Source of the DNA: Phormidesmis sp.
GTDB taxonomy: Bacteria; Cyanobacteriota; Cyanobacteriia; Leptolyngbyales; Leptolyngbyaceae
NCBI GenBank assembly: GCA_965248535.1
Contig: CBDFJR010000005.1
Coordinates: forward strand, 2,176,001 to 2,240,000
Length of the DNA stretch: 64,000 nt
Direction: 5' to 3'
A program made the translations under genes and the position numbers. Shown piece after piece: positions 48,962 to 59,108 of the stretch. The number at the start of each line of letters is the position of its first letter. The first letter of the stretch is position 1. The notes below the pieces were generated by a model. That model saw only the letters and a program-made list of their open reading frames with translations. It ran no database searches and was not told where the DNA came from.

Positions 48962-49684
48962 CTAATTTGGTCTGAAACTATACATCTGCTCAGTCTGCGA
49001 TCGCATCACGCCATAACATTCACAGGCGACATTTTCTAGGGCATGGCCATCGCAAATCCTGATTCTGCCCCGACTGCTTTGAATCATGCTCACATTTTGC
49101 AGTGTTTTGACGGCTAGCGTGACTCCAGAGCGACGCACCCCCAGCATTTGAGCAATAAACTCTTGCGTCAGGGGAAACTCTTCAGCGTTCATCAAGTCTC
49201 GCACCAGCAGCAGCCAGCGAGCCAACCGCTCTTCAACGGTGTGCAGACGATTGCAAGCAGCCAGACGGGTCGCTTGGTTGTAAAGCAGGTTTGAGTAGCG
49301 CAGCAGCAATTGTTGCAGCGCACCACCGCGATCAAACTCGATTTTTAGCTGATGGGCTGACATTCGCAGCGCTCCATCTGCGATCTGGACGTTAGACTCA
49401 TGTGCCGCGATCGGGTTGCCCAAACAGATGTTGACTCCAACCATGCCATCTCTCCCTGCTAGCCCAACTTCGGCAGTTGCACCATCCTCCATGATGAGTA
49501 CGTTAGACACCATAGAAGCGAAGGGAAAATATACATAGTCGATCGTTTCCCCTTCTCGATAGAGAATCTGTCTGATCGGGAGCGTGACAGGTTCGAGATA
49601 AGGAACTAGACGCTGGTAGTCTTCGAGAGGCAATGCTGCCAGCAATCGGTTTTCGGGAATTGCAGAGGGAACGATCGTAGACAT
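48962..49684 (-). CDS. Crp/Fnr family transcriptional regulator
   Basis: ENRLLAALP, YVYFP, HTVEERLARWLL, TQEFIAQMLGVRRSGVT. Confidence 0.92.
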   Translation of the reverse strand: MSTIVPSAIPENRLLAALPLEDYQRLVPYLEPVTLPIRQILYREGETIDYVYFPFASMVSNVLIMEDGATAEVGLAGRDGMVGVNICLGNPIAAHESNVQIADGALRMSAHQLKIEFDRGGALQQLLLRYSNLLYNQATRLAACNRLHTVEERLARWLLLVRDLMNAEEFPLTQEFIAQMLGVRRSGVTLAVKTLQNVSMIQSSRGRIRICDGHALENVACECYGVMRSQTEQMYSFRPN

Positions 49685-49830
49685 CAAGCTTCTTCTCCAA
49701 GGTTGGTCGTGCAAACGAACCGCAACATTCAAGGAGAAGAATTTAGGGTCAAATCCTGTTTGTCAGAGGCTAATTTTTCTAAGCTAGAGCAAAGGTGTCC
49801 TTCAAGTCATAACTCAAAATGCGCCTTTAT

Positions 49831-49993
49831 TAGACCTCCTGCATGAATAAATTGCGCTGCGATTGCGCTGCGTTTCAGGCAGATTGTGCCCCCTAAGTCC
49901 CCCATTCTGGGGGACTTTGAACTTAGAAACTTGACTCAAAGTCCCCCAGAATGGGGATTTAGGGGGCGTTCTCGGATTCGTGCAGGAGGTCTA
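49831..49993. mobile_element. MITE with 18-bp TIRs
   Basis: TAGACCTCCTGCATGAAT / ATTCGTGCAGGAGGTCTA (1 mismatch), TA ends, internal AAGTCCCCCA hairpins. Confidence 0.8.
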
Positions 49994-50068
49994 TTGTCGT
50001 CGAAATCAGAATATAGTGGTGATCTAAGTAGGCATCCCGTAGCAATTGGGTTAAACTCTGCGGAGCAG

Positions 50069-51616
50069 TCACGCCTCTAGAACAACTTTCCCAATAGGAC
50101 AGGCCACACAGGTTAAGATATAGCCTGCTTCTCGATCGCTCGGCTCTAGGGCTTCCGGTTCTGCATCATAACGGACTTCGCCTTCTAGCTTACGCTTTCT
50201 ACACGACCCACAAATGCCTTGCCGACAATTACTGCGAATTTTGATGCCCTCCTGCTCTGCTAGCTCTAGGATTGATTCTACATCTTGAAACACAGCCTCT
50301 TTTTTAGATTGAGCAAAATAGACGCTTGCTTGGGCCGAGAGTGATTTGGGTGTTGAACTAGGAGGTGAACTAGCTGCTGAATCGAGAGGCGATCGAGGCG
50401 TTATCTGTTGCTGAATAGAATGACTAGCGACATCTGGAGTCGGCACTTGTGGTTTAGTTTTCTTGGGCGCACCAAAGCTTTCCTGATAGTAGTTTTCCAT
50501 CGGAAACCCCAGCGCTTCCAGCATTGTCTTGACTCCTTTCATAAAGTTATCTGGGCCACAGACATAAACTGTGCGCTCCTGAAAGTCGGGTGCGATCGCC
50601 TTCAACATAAATTCTTCCAATCGCCCTGTCCAGCCATACCAGAGTAGACCAGGCTCCTGACGGGTGGTTGACAGCGCAAGACGGAACTTGGGCAAGCGAG
50701 TTGCCATCAGTTCTAATTCCTGTCGAAAAATGACATCTTGTGGCGTGCGAGTGCAATGGAAAAAGACCACATCACAGTCGATCGCAATATCCGCTATCCA
50801 GCGCGACATCGACATCACAGGAGTAATTCCACTACCCGCCGAGATGAAGAGCAGCTTTTGATCAGGCTTAGGGAGACAAACAAACTTACCCATCGCACCA
50901 TTTAACCGAAGCAGAGTCCCCACTTTGAGCGTGTCATGCAACCAGTTTGAGACGAGTCCGGCTGGTAGATTAGAAGAGTCTGGCGCAGCAGGAACTCGCT
51001 TAACGGTAATCTCTAGGACGTGAGGACGAGCAGGAGAAGATGAAATAGAGTAGGAGCGCGAAACTGGCTCACCCTGAATGTTTAACTCTAGAGTCACAAA
51101 CTGTCCTGGCTTGTATTGAAAGAGAACAGGCGGAATAGCCGTAAATGTAAAGGTTTTGACATCAGGCGTTTCATTCGTAATCCGCACACAGCAAACCGTT
51201 AATTCGCCTTTAGTCCAGTAAGGGAGATCTTGTGGTGAGCGATCGTTGTCTTGGTTCGCTTGTTCTGCAACAGCAGGCTGCACCGAGCCTTGTATAGGGA
51301 CTTCTATCGCTGCTATCAAGAGAACAAAGTCGCCAATTCCAACTAAGTCCTCTGGCTTCAAAGGAAAACTTTGATGGGGCTTCAACGCTTGGTTATTGAG
51401 ACGAGAGCCATTCGCACTCCCCAGATCAGTATAGTGATACTGGTTGTTCTGAAATTTAATACTGCCATGCAATCGACTAGCATCTGGACTAATCAGAATC
51501 ACATCACACTCCTCAGTCCGACCGATAACGCATTTACCCTGGGGATGGGTTTCTGGAGTGAGGGTTTTCTGTTGGAATTCACCCGTTTGGTAGTTAAATA
51601 CTTTGAGTTTCAGCAT
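50069..51616 (-). CDS. FHA domain + FAD/NAD-binding oxidoreductase + 2Fe-2S ferredoxin (Hcr/PaaE-like)
   Basis: FHA IGR...SRLHG...GSANG; RSYSISS, GLVSNWL, AGSGITP, VCGP; CRQGICGSC...C. Confidence 0.9.
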   Translation of the reverse strand: MLKLKVFNYQTGEFQQKTLTPETHPQGKCVIGRTEECDVILISPDASRLHGSIKFQNNQYHYTDLGSANGSRLNNQALKPHQSFPLKPEDLVGIGDFVLLIAAIEVPIQGSVQPAVAEQANQDNDRSPQDLPYWTKGELTVCCVRITNETPDVKTFTFTAIPPVLFQYKPGQFVTLELNIQGEPVSRSYSISSSPARPHVLEITVKRVPAAPDSSNLPAGLVSNWLHDTLKVGTLLRLNGAMGKFVCLPKPDQKLLFISAGSGITPVMSMSRWIADIAIDCDVVFFHCTRTPQDVIFRQELELMATRLPKFRLALSTTRQEPGLLWYGWTGRLEEFMLKAIAPDFQERTVYVCGPDNFMKGVKTMLEALGFPMENYYQESFGAPKKTKPQVPTPDVASHSIQQQITPRSPLDSAASSPPSSTPKSLSAQASVYFAQSKKEAVFQDVESILELAEQEGIKIRSNCRQGICGSCRKRKLEGEVRYDAEPEALEPSDREAGYILTCVACPIGKVVLEA

Positions 51617-51666
51617 GAGTCCTAAAGGCAAACGGAAAGTGTATCCATCTCTAAAGTTGAATTATT

Positions 51667-53475
51667 TTAAGCCTGATCGCTTGGCTCACTTCCTGAAGTT
51701 GGGCTTTTAGGATTGATCGGGCGAAGTATTGTTTGAGCGTTAGTATCTGGAGAAGCAGGAGGATCACTCGGTCGCAACACGGTCATATCTGCTCCAGCAG
51801 GAGGGGGTAATGCTTCTGTGGAGCGTGAGTTCGATCTCAGCACTGTGCGATGAAGATTAGGATCAGGAGGTTGAGAACGCGATCGCAAAAGAGTTACATT
51901 TGCTTCAGGTATTGGGTGCTGTCTAAAGAGATGGGGAAACTCACTTTGGAGGAGGTCGAGAATTGACCAATGGGACTCTTCTGAAATAGCAAATTTTTGC
52001 CTCAATGTATCGAAGGCTTTCAAGCTACTTGAAGGCGTGACACTTCGCTGTTCTAAAGCTTCGCGCAAAACATTACTGTAAATCTGCCAACGATATTCTT
52101 GAGCAAAGCCCGGAATGACTTTGGCTAGGGTGTAGAGTTCATCTGGAGAAAGGTCTTCCAGCGCCCGACCTTCGAGAAACTTAGACAGATCAATGTCTAT
52201 CTTGCTGAGTTGTCGGCGCAGTAAGTTTGTGTCGCGCTCTCGGTTATAGCGTTGGAGACTACTATTCCAAGATTTCACCAGCCATAAAGTACTCAAGATG
52301 ACTGCTAACCCAGCCACAAAGTCTTGCACGAATGAAGGAAAATAGCCGAGCGTTGGACGTACGCCCATAAAGAAAAGACAGTTGAAAGATAGAAACGTAG
52401 CAATTGTAAACGATCGACTCTGCACTGTTTCAGGAGGCAGAGGACGCGCTTGCTGACGGGTATAGTGTTTATAGGCTCGTTCGGCTGAGATCCCGATCAC
52501 ATAGCCAACACTGGTGGATATCACCAGCGTGAAGGGGACAGCAATTAGCTTGGGAATCGCGATCGCATGACCTGCAATAAAGAAGCCTGGACTGAGGAGC
52601 GTCCTGAGTTGATTGGTTTCATTCCACACGCCCGCAGAAAGGAAATGCCAGTTGCCACTATAGAGCCAGAAATATAGATAAAAGCCAACAACGAGTCCAA
52701 AATACCCATAGTAGAGCAATTTACGATCAACTTGTCGAATGCCTTCCCAGTAAGCCCCTTCTGCATCAATATCAATACAGGGAGACTTGCAGGCAACACA
52801 AGCGCTTTTTTCTTGTCCTGTCTGGTCAACCGTGCGACACATTGATTGGGTAATGCTTTTAGGAGGCGCAGTATGGGCCCTACTTCCCAGTAATCCACTC
52901 GGTTCACTATAAATCATCTGCACTGGAGCCATCGGACAGAAGTACTGACACCAGGTTTTGCCATCATAGAAAAATCCGACGGTGATGGCAGCTAGGATCG
53001 TGAATAATAGTAGGCAGCCGAGGAGGAGGCGATCGGAGTTGAACAATAGAAGACGCAGAGTCAGACCGAGGAAGAGCAATCCAAACTGAAAGGTTAGAGT
53101 ATGACGCGCCAGCCAGGAATCCTCGGCGATCGTGGTTTTACGCTGGAGTCTCAAAGCACGCGGAATTTGTGAGATAAAGGAAAGCGGACAGATGCGTCGC
53201 CATGTTTCATGCCCCAGAATGAGTAGTGTCAGGATAATGAGCGGCAGAACCATGCCCCAGAATAGGCGTGCTCCCATTGGGTAAGCAGAGAGGACGTGAC
53301 AGTGGCCTTGAAACTGAAAACAATGGTTGGGAGCAGCAGCGGCAAATAACTGTCCTGTTTCAGTAAGGTGATAGGAAAGAGGATCAGCGAACAAAGATAA
53401 GATGAGAAGCACCCAGCCAATGGCAAAGCCCCATCGAACGAGGTGAATTGTTTTTTCCGGTATCCGGGCAAGCAT
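51667..53475 (-). CDS. Polytopic membrane 4Fe-4S binding protein with a Pro-rich tail
   Basis: WRRICP, WCQYFCPM, CVACKSPCIDID; about 10 TM segments. Confidence 0.8.
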   Translation of the reverse strand: MLARIPEKTIHLVRWGFAIGWVLLILSLFADPLSYHLTETGQLFAAAAPNHCFQFQGHCHVLSAYPMGARLFWGMVLPLIILTLLILGHETWRRICPLSFISQIPRALRLQRKTTIAEDSWLARHTLTFQFGLLFLGLTLRLLLFNSDRLLLGCLLLFTILAAITVGFFYDGKTWCQYFCPMAPVQMIYSEPSGLLGSRAHTAPPKSITQSMCRTVDQTGQEKSACVACKSPCIDIDAEGAYWEGIRQVDRKLLYYGYFGLVVGFYLYFWLYSGNWHFLSAGVWNETNQLRTLLSPGFFIAGHAIAIPKLIAVPFTLVISTSVGYVIGISAERAYKHYTRQQARPLPPETVQSRSFTIATFLSFNCLFFMGVRPTLGYFPSFVQDFVAGLAVILSTLWLVKSWNSSLQRYNRERDTNLLRRQLSKIDIDLSKFLEGRALEDLSPDELYTLAKVIPGFAQEYRWQIYSNVLREALEQRSVTPSSSLKAFDTLRQKFAISEESHWSILDLLQSEFPHLFRQHPIPEANVTLLRSRSQPPDPNLHRTVLRSNSRSTEALPPPAGADMTVLRPSDPPASPDTNAQTILRPINPKSPTSGSEPSDQA

Positions 53476-53733
53476 AGTTCAACCTATAGAAGCTTTTTAT
53501 AGATATCATCAGCAGATAGCATAAGCTTCAGATCTTCTTGGTAACAATAGACCATAAGCTATTTTATTCTTCATCCCTTTTTCCTTATCACTCCATTCGT
53601 TTTTCTCCTTTACTCAGCAATACGCGACTGTTCCGATTTGATTTCAGCCTGATCTATAGCCAGAGGTCTAGTCACATTTATCGCATAGGCTCCTACTCTG
53701 AAAACATTCGGAACTCACTTTACGATTTTTTCC

Positions 53734-54579
53734 ATGCTGACCTCGATTCTTCAGACCTTAGCAGAACTGCTAGCTGGAGGAACAATGCTAACGAGTACGG
53801 AGCAGATTGATTTTAGTCATCCTGCAACGCTCGGAGATCAAAGCATAGGTCCTCTGCTCAATCTTTACCTATATGACATCCGCGAGAGCAAGCAGGTGCA
53901 ACACTCTGGTCGGCAAATTGAGCGACGGCGCACCGACGATCAGCCCCATACCGCCTTAGTGGGTTGGGCACCCAGTTGGTTTGATGTCTCAATGATGTTA
54001 ACTGCCCACGATCGCACCACGCTAGGAGAGCATCATCTTTTAAGTGAAGCGCTCGCTTTATTGTTGCGACATCGATCGCTGCGGGAAGAATTTCTCGCAC
54101 CAGAGTTGCAAGGGTATGGCAGTTTGTCGATGCTGGTTTCGTTAGATCCGCACATTGAGATTGGCGGCTTGTGGAGCGCCCTGACGGTTCCCTTACGTCC
54201 AGCGCTCTATCTCACAGTTGCCCTTCCCTTTGAGCCACAAACAAAGCCAGCCACCCTGGTGTGGGAGCGCGTTCTTCATGCCCTCAACTCATCGCCGGAA
54301 TTGCACGATCGCCCCGCTGGATCAATCAAGCGGGTCGTTGTGGCTGGCATCGTCAAAAGTGCTTCGACAACAGACAGTTTGTCTGATGTTGAAGTAGGGC
54401 TGATAGGGACTGAGAAAACTGCAATTAGTAATGCAGAGGGACTGTTCTTTTTTGAAAATTTGCCGTTTGGTAACTATGTGTTGCGGTTAACTCACGAGGG
54501 CTTCCGCTCACAGACCTGCAATGTGTTAGTCGATAGTCCAACCTATACATTCAAAGATGTTTTGTTGACCCCAGTTTGA
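53734..54579 (+). CDS. eCIS Pvc16/Afp16-like (DUF4255) protein with a C-terminal carboxypeptidase-regulatory-like domain
   Basis: LNLYLYDIRE, LWSALTVPLRPALYL, GLFFFENLPFGNYVL. Confidence 0.82.
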   Translation: MLTSILQTLAELLAGGTMLTSTEQIDFSHPATLGDQSIGPLLNLYLYDIRESKQVQHSGRQIERRRTDDQPHTALVGWAPSWFDVSMMLTAHDRTTLGEHHLLSEALALLLRHRSLREEFLAPELQGYGSLSMLVSLDPHIEIGGLWSALTVPLRPALYLTVALPFEPQTKPATLVWERVLHALNSSPELHDRPAGSIKRVVVAGIVKSASTTDSLSDVEVGLIGTEKTAISNAEGLFFFENLPFGNYVLRLTHEGFRSQTCNVLVDSPTYTFKDVLLTPV

Positions 54580-54633
54580 CCGCCATAGCTTGGTCGCGAT
54601 GTTCACATCCTTTGTCACACAGCGAGGAATATT

Positions 54634-56295
54634 ATGCCCAGACTTGATTATTTTGCTCCTGGTGTTTATGTAGAAGAGATTGATCGCGGCAGTCGCCCGA
54701 TCGAAGGTGTGAGTACCGCAGTTGCCGGATTTGTGGGCTTTAGTGAAGAGGTGCGCGGTGGGGCTGAACTGTTTAAGCCAATGCTCGTCACCAATTGGAC
54801 GCAATACCTCAATTACTTCGCTCGTCCCGATTCAGATGGCTTTACCGATTTCAATGCCTATATGCCGTTTTCTGTTTACGGCTACTTTATGAACGGTGGA
54901 GGGCGTTGCTGGATTACCAGTGTCGGAACGCAGTTGCCGGGTGCTCCCCAGCCTGCACAACAACCGCCCGCGATCGTGCAAATTCCGCGTCGAGGCGGCA
55001 ATCGTCCTTGTTTGGATGTTACCCTGCGCCCTGAACAGGCAGCGGGTGGAGCGATTCAGGTAGTAATCAGCGAAGGCACTCCTAGAGCACTCCCTGAAGG
55101 CACCGAAGGTGAAACGCCGCCCAACACTGGAGAATTCTTCACGCTGCAACTGCGTCGAGGCGAAGAAGTGCTGGAGCAGTATGAAAATCTGACCATGAAC
55201 CCCAATTCGCCTGAAGCGGTTGCTCCTTATGTCGTCACGGCGCTGCGATCGTCGATGTATGTGACGATCGCAGATGTCGCCTCTCCGGGACAACCCTTGT
55301 CTCGCCGTCCAGTAACGGGTCGATATGATTTATCGCCGCCCGTCGCTGCCACAACGTTGGATCGGTTCTCGCGAGATGTTGAAGGAGTCCGCGACGATCG
55401 AACCGGGATGCGGGGCATTTTTGAAATCGATGAAATCACGATGCTGGCGTGCCCTGATTTGATGCGGGCCTACGAAGCGCAAGTCATGAGCTTAGAGCAA
55501 GTTCACGGCTTGATGGAACTGATGGTGAGTATGTGCGAAGGTTCCACCAGTGGCGATGTGCCAAATCCACCTAATCGCATGGTGTTGCTTGATCCGCCGT
55601 CCGATCGCGTCAAACCCCAAGAAGTGGTGGAATGGCTCCAGATGTTCAACCGTCGATCGATGTTTGCGGCGCTATATTATCCCTGGATTAAAGTGCCAAA
55701 TCCGCGCAATGGTGGGAGACCCATTTTAGTGCCGCCCTGTGGTCACATGATGGGAGTCTGGGCGCGAACCGATGAATCACGAGGAGTCTACAAAGCGCCT
55801 GCTAATGAAGTGCCTAAAGGCGTGATTGGCTTAAGTTATGAGACTAATTTCCGAGAGCAAGAATTGCTCAACCCGTTAGGGATCAACTGTGTGCGGATAT
55901 TTCCCAATCGCGGGATTCGGATTTGGGGCGCTCGGACTCTGGTCGAACCTGACAAAACTGAGTGGCGCTACATCAGTGTGCGACGGTTGATCAGCTACAT
56001 CGAGAAATCGATCGAGCTTGGAACACAGTGGGCAGTGTTTGAGCCGAACGATGAAGATTTGTGGGCAAGAGTGCGGCGGACAGTCAGCAACTTTCTAGAG
56101 CGCATCTGGCGGGAGGGAGCCTTATTTGGAGCGACTCCAGAGCAAGCGTTTTATGTGAAGTGCGATGCCGAAAACAATCCGCCTGAAACCATGATTTTGG
56201 GACGGTTATACATTGAAGTCGGCGTTTGTCCAGTCCGCCCGGCTGAGTTTGTTATCTTCCGCATCAGTCAATGGAACGGTGTAGAGGGCGAATAA
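54634..56295 (+). CDS. Contractile tail sheath protein
   Basis: APGVYVEE, YGYFMNGG, YYPW, KAPANE, WGARTL, VFEPN, RPAEFVIFRI. Confidence 0.95.
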   Translation: MPRLDYFAPGVYVEEIDRGSRPIEGVSTAVAGFVGFSEEVRGGAELFKPMLVTNWTQYLNYFARPDSDGFTDFNAYMPFSVYGYFMNGGGRCWITSVGTQLPGAPQPAQQPPAIVQIPRRGGNRPCLDVTLRPEQAAGGAIQVVISEGTPRALPEGTEGETPPNTGEFFTLQLRRGEEVLEQYENLTMNPNSPEAVAPYVVTALRSSMYVTIADVASPGQPLSRRPVTGRYDLSPPVAATTLDRFSRDVEGVRDDRTGMRGIFEIDEITMLACPDLMRAYEAQVMSLEQVHGLMELMVSMCEGSTSGDVPNPPNRMVLLDPPSDRVKPQEVVEWLQMFNRRSMFAALYYPWIKVPNPRNGGRPILVPPCGHMMGVWARTDESRGVYKAPANEVPKGVIGLSYETNFREQELLNPLGINCVRIFPNRGIRIWGARTLVEPDKTEWRYISVRRLISYIEKSIELGTQWAVFEPNDEDLWARVRRTVSNFLERIWREGALFGATPEQAFYVKCDAENNPPETMILGRLYIEVGVCPVRPAEFVIFRISQWNGVEGE

Positions 56296-56340
56296 GCATC
56301 ATCCAACTGATTCATCAACTCAAACCTTTGGAGAACCAAC

Positions 56341-56793
56341 ATGGCAGAATTTTTAACTGGTTGCAAGTTCTACTTTGAAGCAGATGGCATCACTGAGAAA
56401 GTGATCAAAGAAGTCAGTGGGTTAAGCGTTGAGTCAACCCCTGCCCAAGACGTTCATGGATCTAGCAAAGGAGGAAAATCAACTCGTCAAGCAACACCAA
56501 CGGTGGCAAAATTCACAAACGTTTCTATCAAGGTGATTGCAACGAGTGATAAGGATCTCTACGATTGGTATGAGAAGTGCAATAAGAACATGGGAGATGC
56601 GAGTCAGTGGAAAAGTACTCGCAAATCTGGATCGATTACTGCCTACGATCAATCCAACGCTCCTCAAGCTCGTTGGGAGATGTTAAATTGCTATCCCTGT
56701 AAATATGCGGGCCCCACTTTTACAGCCTCAGGTGGGGATATGGCCAATGAAACGATCGAGCTAGTTCACGAGGGAATTAAGCGCGTCAAGTAA
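56341..56793 (+). CDS. Tail tube protein (T4 gp19-like)
   Basis: FYFE...EVSGL...RKSGSI...W...YP.KY.GP...ETIELVHEG. Confidence 0.9.
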   Translation: MAEFLTGCKFYFEADGITEKVIKEVSGLSVESTPAQDVHGSSKGGKSTRQATPTVAKFTNVSIKVIATSDKDLYDWYEKCNKNMGDASQWKSTRKSGSITAYDQSNAPQARWEMLNCYPCKYAGPTFTASGGDMANETIELVHEGIKRVK

Positions 56794-56808
56794 CGCACTC
56801 TCTAACTT

Positions 56809-56856
56809 CATTGAGGCATATTTCTTATCCTACGGAAGTATGCCTTGATGGGTTTT
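56809..56856 (+). terminator. Stem-loop after the major tube gene
   Basis: CATTGAGGCATA...TATGCCTTGATG followed by GGTTTT. Confidence 0.55.
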
Positions 56857-56887
56857 GTTCCAGTCCCAATCTGATCAGGCAGACGCA

Positions 56888-57370
56888 ATGGTTGACCAAC
56901 TCGAAATTCTCACAGCCCACAAGTTCTATTTAGAGCTAAAGCTGGCTGGCTCTAATGAGCAAGTTGATGCTGTTTTTCTAGAATGTCAGGGCTTTCAGCG
57001 CACTCAAGACGTGATCGAACTTTGCGAGGTCACGCCGAATAAGTGGGGCAAAGCCAGTAAAGGTCAGGTCGTGCGAACAAAGCTTCCTGGCAATCCCAAA
57101 AGCGGTAATTTAACTTTGCGTCGCGGCATGACCAGTTCAATGGCATTTTGGCAGTGGTTTCAATCGGTTCAAGACGGCAAGTGGGCAGACCAACGCAAAG
57201 ATGCTTCTCTCACCATTTATGACCAGGGAGGTAAGGCTAAAGCCAAATTTAATCTCAAGGCGGCTTGGCCCACAAAATACAAATTAACCGATGTCAATGC
57301 ACGAAGTACCGAGATTGAAGTTGAAGAAATCGAGGTCGCGTTTGAAGGATTTGAGCGATCGTCCGTCTAA
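56888..57370 (+). CDS. Second tail tube-like protein
   Basis: FLECQG, KLPGN, NLTLRRGMT, AWPTKY, EEIEVAFEG. Confidence 0.88.
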   Translation: MVDQLEILTAHKFYLELKLAGSNEQVDAVFLECQGFQRTQDVIELCEVTPNKWGKASKGQVVRTKLPGNPKSGNLTLRRGMTSSMAFWQWFQSVQDGKWADQRKDASLTIYDQGGKAKAKFNLKAAWPTKYKLTDVNARSTEIEVEEIEVAFEGFERSSV

Positions 57371-57507
57371 TAATATCAAGTTAACGGTTACTCGCTACAG
57401 ACTCTTGCCCCCTAAATCCTCATGCTGGGAGACTTTGAGTAGTTTCTACCGATCATCTGTTGCAGTCTATTCTCGATTTGGTGTAAATTGCCGCTTAAGC
57501 AACTGTT

Positions 57508-57867
57508 ATGTTTCCCACTGAATTTGAATTTACCCTTCCAAAAGGCTATCTTGATGCTGACCACAATCTGCATCGCAAAGGCATTATGCGACTGGCAACC
57601 GCGATCGATGAGATTGCTCCACTGCGAGATCCTCGCGTTAAAAATAATGCTGCTTACGCCACAGTGATTATCTTGGCGCGAGTGATCACTTGTTTAGGTG
57701 CTGTTTCAGAAATAACTCCCGCGATCGTAGAGGGCTTCTTTGCCGAAGACTTGAACTATTTACAGAATTTCTATTGCCAAATTAATGGGTTAGAACAAAA
57801 CGCGACAACGCTAGAGCATTCTCAACCGTCTGTTGAATCAATGGGAGCAGTCGTTCATGGCTCGTAA
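57508..57867 (+). CDS. Tail assembly chaperone-like protein
   Basis: EFEFTLPKGYLD..HRKGIMRLATAIDE...DLNYLQNFY. Confidence 0.8.
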   Translation: MFPTEFEFTLPKGYLDADHNLHRKGIMRLATAIDEIAPLRDPRVKNNAAYATVIILARVITCLGAVSEITPAIVEGFFAEDLNYLQNFYCQINGLEQNATTLEHSQPSVESMGAVVHGS

Positions 57868-58240
57868 AACTGCAATCGCTACGGAGTTTGCCTTCATGCT
57901 GCCGCAAGGACTGATTGATAGTTCCTCCCAACGGCTGCACCGTCAAGGAAAAATGCGGTTGGCAACGGCTAAAGATGAGCTTTGGGTGCAATCACAGCCC
58001 CAGAGTCAGAATCATCCTGGCTACGGTGTTTTGATGATGCTCTCACGGGTGATCACGCGGTTAGGGAGTTTACCGTCTGTGACTCCTGAACTGTTAGAAG
58101 GTCTAGTGCTGCGCGATATTGCTTACCTGCGAGAATTTTATAACCGCGTCAATCAAAGCGGACAGGCGCACATTCCCACCCATTGTCCCCACTGTGATCA
58201 TTCTTTCGCGGTGGAGTTTGCGCTATCGGGGGAGTCTTGA
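57857..58240 (+). CDS. Tail assembly chaperone-like protein with CPxC
   Basis: Paralog of the previous gene; CPHC; ends LSGES. Confidence 0.8.
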   Translation: MARKTAIATEFAFMLPQGLIDSSSQRLHRQGKMRLATAKDELWVQSQPQSQNHPGYGVLMMLSRVITRLGSLPSVTPELLEGLVLRDIAYLREFYNRVNQSGQAHIPTHCPHCDHSFAVEFALSGES

Positions 58241-58389
58241 GCTACCCTTCAGCACAATTATATGAAGAGGTAGCCTTCATTGCATTTCACTTCCACTGGT
58301 CGCAAGAGGAAATTATCACGCTCGATCATAGAACTCGTCAACGCTGGGTTAAAGAGATTAATCAAATTAATCGACAGGTCGATCGCTAA
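58237..58389 (+). CDS. DUF6760-like small protein in the -1 frame of the chaperone
   Basis: SYPSAQLYEEVAFIAFHFHWS..EI..LDH..R.RWV.EI; too short for the ORF track. Confidence 0.8.
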   Translation: MSYPSAQLYEEVAFIAFHFHWSQEEIITLDHRTRQRWVKEINQINRQVDR

Positions 58390-58461
58390 TCGCACCATTA
58401 ATAAAAATAGAACACTGTCGGTATATACTCTGCATCATTCTTAATTGACCGAAGAAATCGA

Positions 58462-59108
58462 ATGAGCAATGGACTTGCGATCGCAGCAGTAACCGCCATC
58501 CTAAAAAACCTTCTCGAAAATGAGTTGGTCAAAAGTCGGGCAATGGCAACTCTTGGAGAGATTGCAGTCACAGCTTTGCCGCTCGATCTGGTTTCTAGCA
58601 GCAGCAATGATCGTCCTCAACTCAATCTATTTCTTTACCAAATTACTCAAAATCGCAATGCCGACTGGATTGCGCGAGAACGGGGGCGAGAATCTTGCAA
58701 AAAACTGGGTAGCGATCGCGCTGTTTCACTTCAGGATCTTCACATCCTCCGTTAGCACTCAAGCTTCACTACTTATTGACAGCCTATGGCGCAAAAGATT
58801 TGCAGATCGAACTCCTGCTGGGGTTTGTGATGCAACTGTTTCACGATACGCCCGTGCTGATGAGCCACGACATTCAGACTGTTCTCAAGCACCTGCTTTT
58901 AGTCAATGTGCCTGGAGTCTTTGCCCAAGCCTTGAACACAGCTTCCCTGACCGATTTGACCGAACAATTAGGACAAATTAAGATTTCTCCCTCGTTTTTT
59001 AGCACTCAGGAGATCTCAGGGCTGTGGTCGATTCTCCAAAGTCCTTATCGTCCATCGATCGCTTACGAAGTTTCGACCGTGCTAATCGAGAAAACGGAGT
59101 CGTCATGA
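58462..59108 (+). CDS. Second Pvc16/DUF4255 protein, frameshifted near 58713-58750
   Basis: MSNGLAIAAVTAILKNLL...LNLFLYQ, then in the -1 frame PPLALKLHYLLTAYG...LW...YRPSIAYEVSTVLIE. Confidence 0.8.
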
